The translations under genes were made by a program, and so were the position numbers. From a virus (lineage: Duplodnaviria > Caudoviricetes), in IMG/VR virus record IMGVR_UViG_3300023055_000202, positions 1 to 36,980 of that record: 36,980 nt of DNA; one strand, given 5' to 3'. The notes under the pieces were generated by a model. That model did not search any database. It worked only from the letters and a program-made list of their open reading frames with translations, and had not been told where the DNA came from. Below are positions 35,648-36,980 of this stretch, piece after piece. Each line of letters opens with the position of its first letter. The stretch's first letter is position 1.

Positions 35648-36379
35648 TCAAAATAATGATGTTTCTTTATCCAATGTAGATTTTGTATAATCTACTTTAT
35701 TTCCATCTTGGAATCCCTTTTGATAGGCTGCTATTTCCTCAATAGGTGGAATTTTGTAAGATAGTCCTTTTTTGTGTCCAAATCTCTTATCATATTCCTG
35801 CTTTACTTCTGCTGGAAGTAATACCATTAGACCGTATTCTTGCCCCATTGCTTTTACTTGTTCTTCAAATTTCTCTTTCAAACCATTCAAAAAACCAGTA
35901 GTATATGAATTTTTTAATTCAGTAGTTAACTTTTTTGTTCTATAGATTTGGGTGCTATCGTAGTAATCGTTAACGAATTTCTGAACATAAAAACTTAAAA
36001 CATCGTAAGCTAGCACGTACATTTCTTTAGCGAGAGCTACATCACTTTCAAATCCCATAAACATAATCGCTCTTTTCTTTTTTGTTTCGCCTTTGATGAT
36101 TTTATTGTTGTAGTACCAAGTCACTCTAAAATTCCGTGTGATAATATTTGCTAATTGCCGCTCCCACCAATATAAGGTTTTATGAGCTGTTGCCTGTCCT
36201 TCTGATATAGCTCTATCATTTTCTCCATCCTCTAATTCAGATGAAGAAATATCATATTTAATCATTAATTTTTGAGCCATCATAAATGCAGTCTGGCATT
36301 CTTCATCATTTTGATGATCATTTGCAAGAGCCAACAAACCTTTAATTTTTTCAATAATTGATTCATTTCTCTTCGTCAT
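35648..36379 (-). CDS. DUF2786 domain protein
   Basis: IIEKIKGLLALA...E...A...AQKLM.KY.I and AYQKG...G motifs. Confidence 0.85.
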   Translation of the reverse strand: MTKRNESIIEKIKGLLALANDHQNDEECQTAFMMAQKLMIKYDISSSELEDGENDRAISEGQATAHKTLYWWERQLANIITRNFRVTWYYNNKIIKGETKKKRAIMFMGFESDVALAKEMYVLAYDVLSFYVQKFVNDYYDSTQIYRTKKLTTELKNSYTTGFLNGLKEKFEEQVKAMGQEYGLMVLLPAEVKQEYDKRFGHKKGLSYKIPPIEEIAAYQKGFQDGNKVDYTKSTLDKETSLF

Positions 36380-36404
36380 TTTTTCACTTCCTCTGCAAAC
36401 TTAA

Positions 36405-36671
36405 TTAAATAAACCAACAAACAAACCCACCAATAACTGGAAGCAATGTTTGTAAAATCGTAAGTCCATCCATTCCCATTAAAAATGCAACAGCAACTTC
36501 TTGTGTATTTGTCTGCTTGAACCATTCCATAAAGGTAAGGGCATCTGGAACTTTTACGCTATTCTCGAATTTCGAGATACAAGGCTGCGTACGATTCATA
36601 CGATGTGCCAGTTCTTCTTGTGATAGCCCAGCACGTTCACGACAGGCTTGCAATATGGCTCCTATTTTCAT
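36405..36671 (-). CDS. XRE-family HTH regulator with hydrophobic C-terminus
   Basis: R...GLSQEELA..M...Q..ISKFEN....P motif; ATG behind AAGGTGGTG. Confidence 0.85.
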   Translation of the reverse strand: MKIGAILQACRERAGLSQEELAHRMNRTQPCISKFENSVKVPDALTFMEWFKQTNTQEVAVAFLMGMDGLTILQTLLPVIGGFVCWFI

Positions 36672-36746
36672 AGTCTCACCACCTTCCACATTCCAAACTG
36701 GAATACTCTATTCAGTTTTTGTAAGTTAAAATTTTTATATGAAGCA

Positions 36747-36980
36747 TCACCCAATAGATCGAAAATACTTAGTATTTGTATTGACCCATTCTGTATGGTC
36801 ATCAATCCATTGCAATAATGCTTTTGATGGTATTAGTACCCTTCCTGCTTCATAGAACTTCGGGAAATCTGATCTTCCTAATAATGCTGATGCTTTTGTA
36901 TCTCTGATGTTGAACAACTCCATCAACTGCTGACGAGTCAACAAGACTGGCAACTCACGAATTAGTGGCTTTGGTGCAAA
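36747..36980 (-). CDS. Excisionase-like/HTH_17 DNA-binding protein, probably 5'-truncated by the window
   Basis: P.LLT..QL..LF.I....A..LL...DFP.....GRVLIP..AL..WI motif; the frame is open to the window edge. Confidence 0.75.
   Translation of the reverse strand, partial: FAPKPLIRELPVLLTRQQLMELFNIRDTKASALLGRSDFPKFYEAGRVLIPSKALLQWIDDHTEWVNTNTKYFRSIG

Larger units (their letters stand above)
1370..36980 (-). mobile_element. Temperate prophage (myovirus: lambda-like head, P2-like contractile tail); continues beyond the window
   Basis: Contiguous replication, late-control, packaging, head, tail and lysis modules next to host genes; the left boundary is approximate. Confidence 0.95.

Noticed and set aside
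548-36729. Many short plus-strand or alternate-frame ORFs in the ORF track (e.g. 548..757, 8807..9151, 15596..15970, 29825..30016)
   Set aside because: They overlap well-supported minus-strand genes, lack RBSs or motifs and look like shadow ORFs; only 1969..2283 is accepted on the plus strand

Overview
Bases 1-~1370 are Bacillaceae (Lysinibacillus-like) host DNA carrying brxA/yphP and a ypiP-like SAM methyltransferase. The remaining ~35.6 kb is most of a temperate prophage, transcribed almost entirely on the minus strand; its integrase and repressor end lies beyond base 36980. In transcription order it holds: early HTH and antirepressor genes; a replication initiator with an internal iteron origin; DnaB helicase; an XtrA/YqaO gene; two AT-rich membrane-protein cargo genes; an Xpf-like late sigma factor; a short tyrosine recombinase with paired sites; a lambda-like cos site; a lambda-type head module; a P2-type contractile tail with a PAAR tip and an Ig/FN3-repeat fibre; a LexA-box DNA methyltransferase moron; holin; M15 endolysin; and two end morons. 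The most notable unexplained structure is at 28866-30905: a tandemly repeated unit of [xtrA-like gene]-[cargo ORF]-[conserved RNA element that can fold as mutually exclusive antiterminator or terminator], directly upstream of the late sigma factor. All family assignments come from motif recognition and gene order, without database searches.
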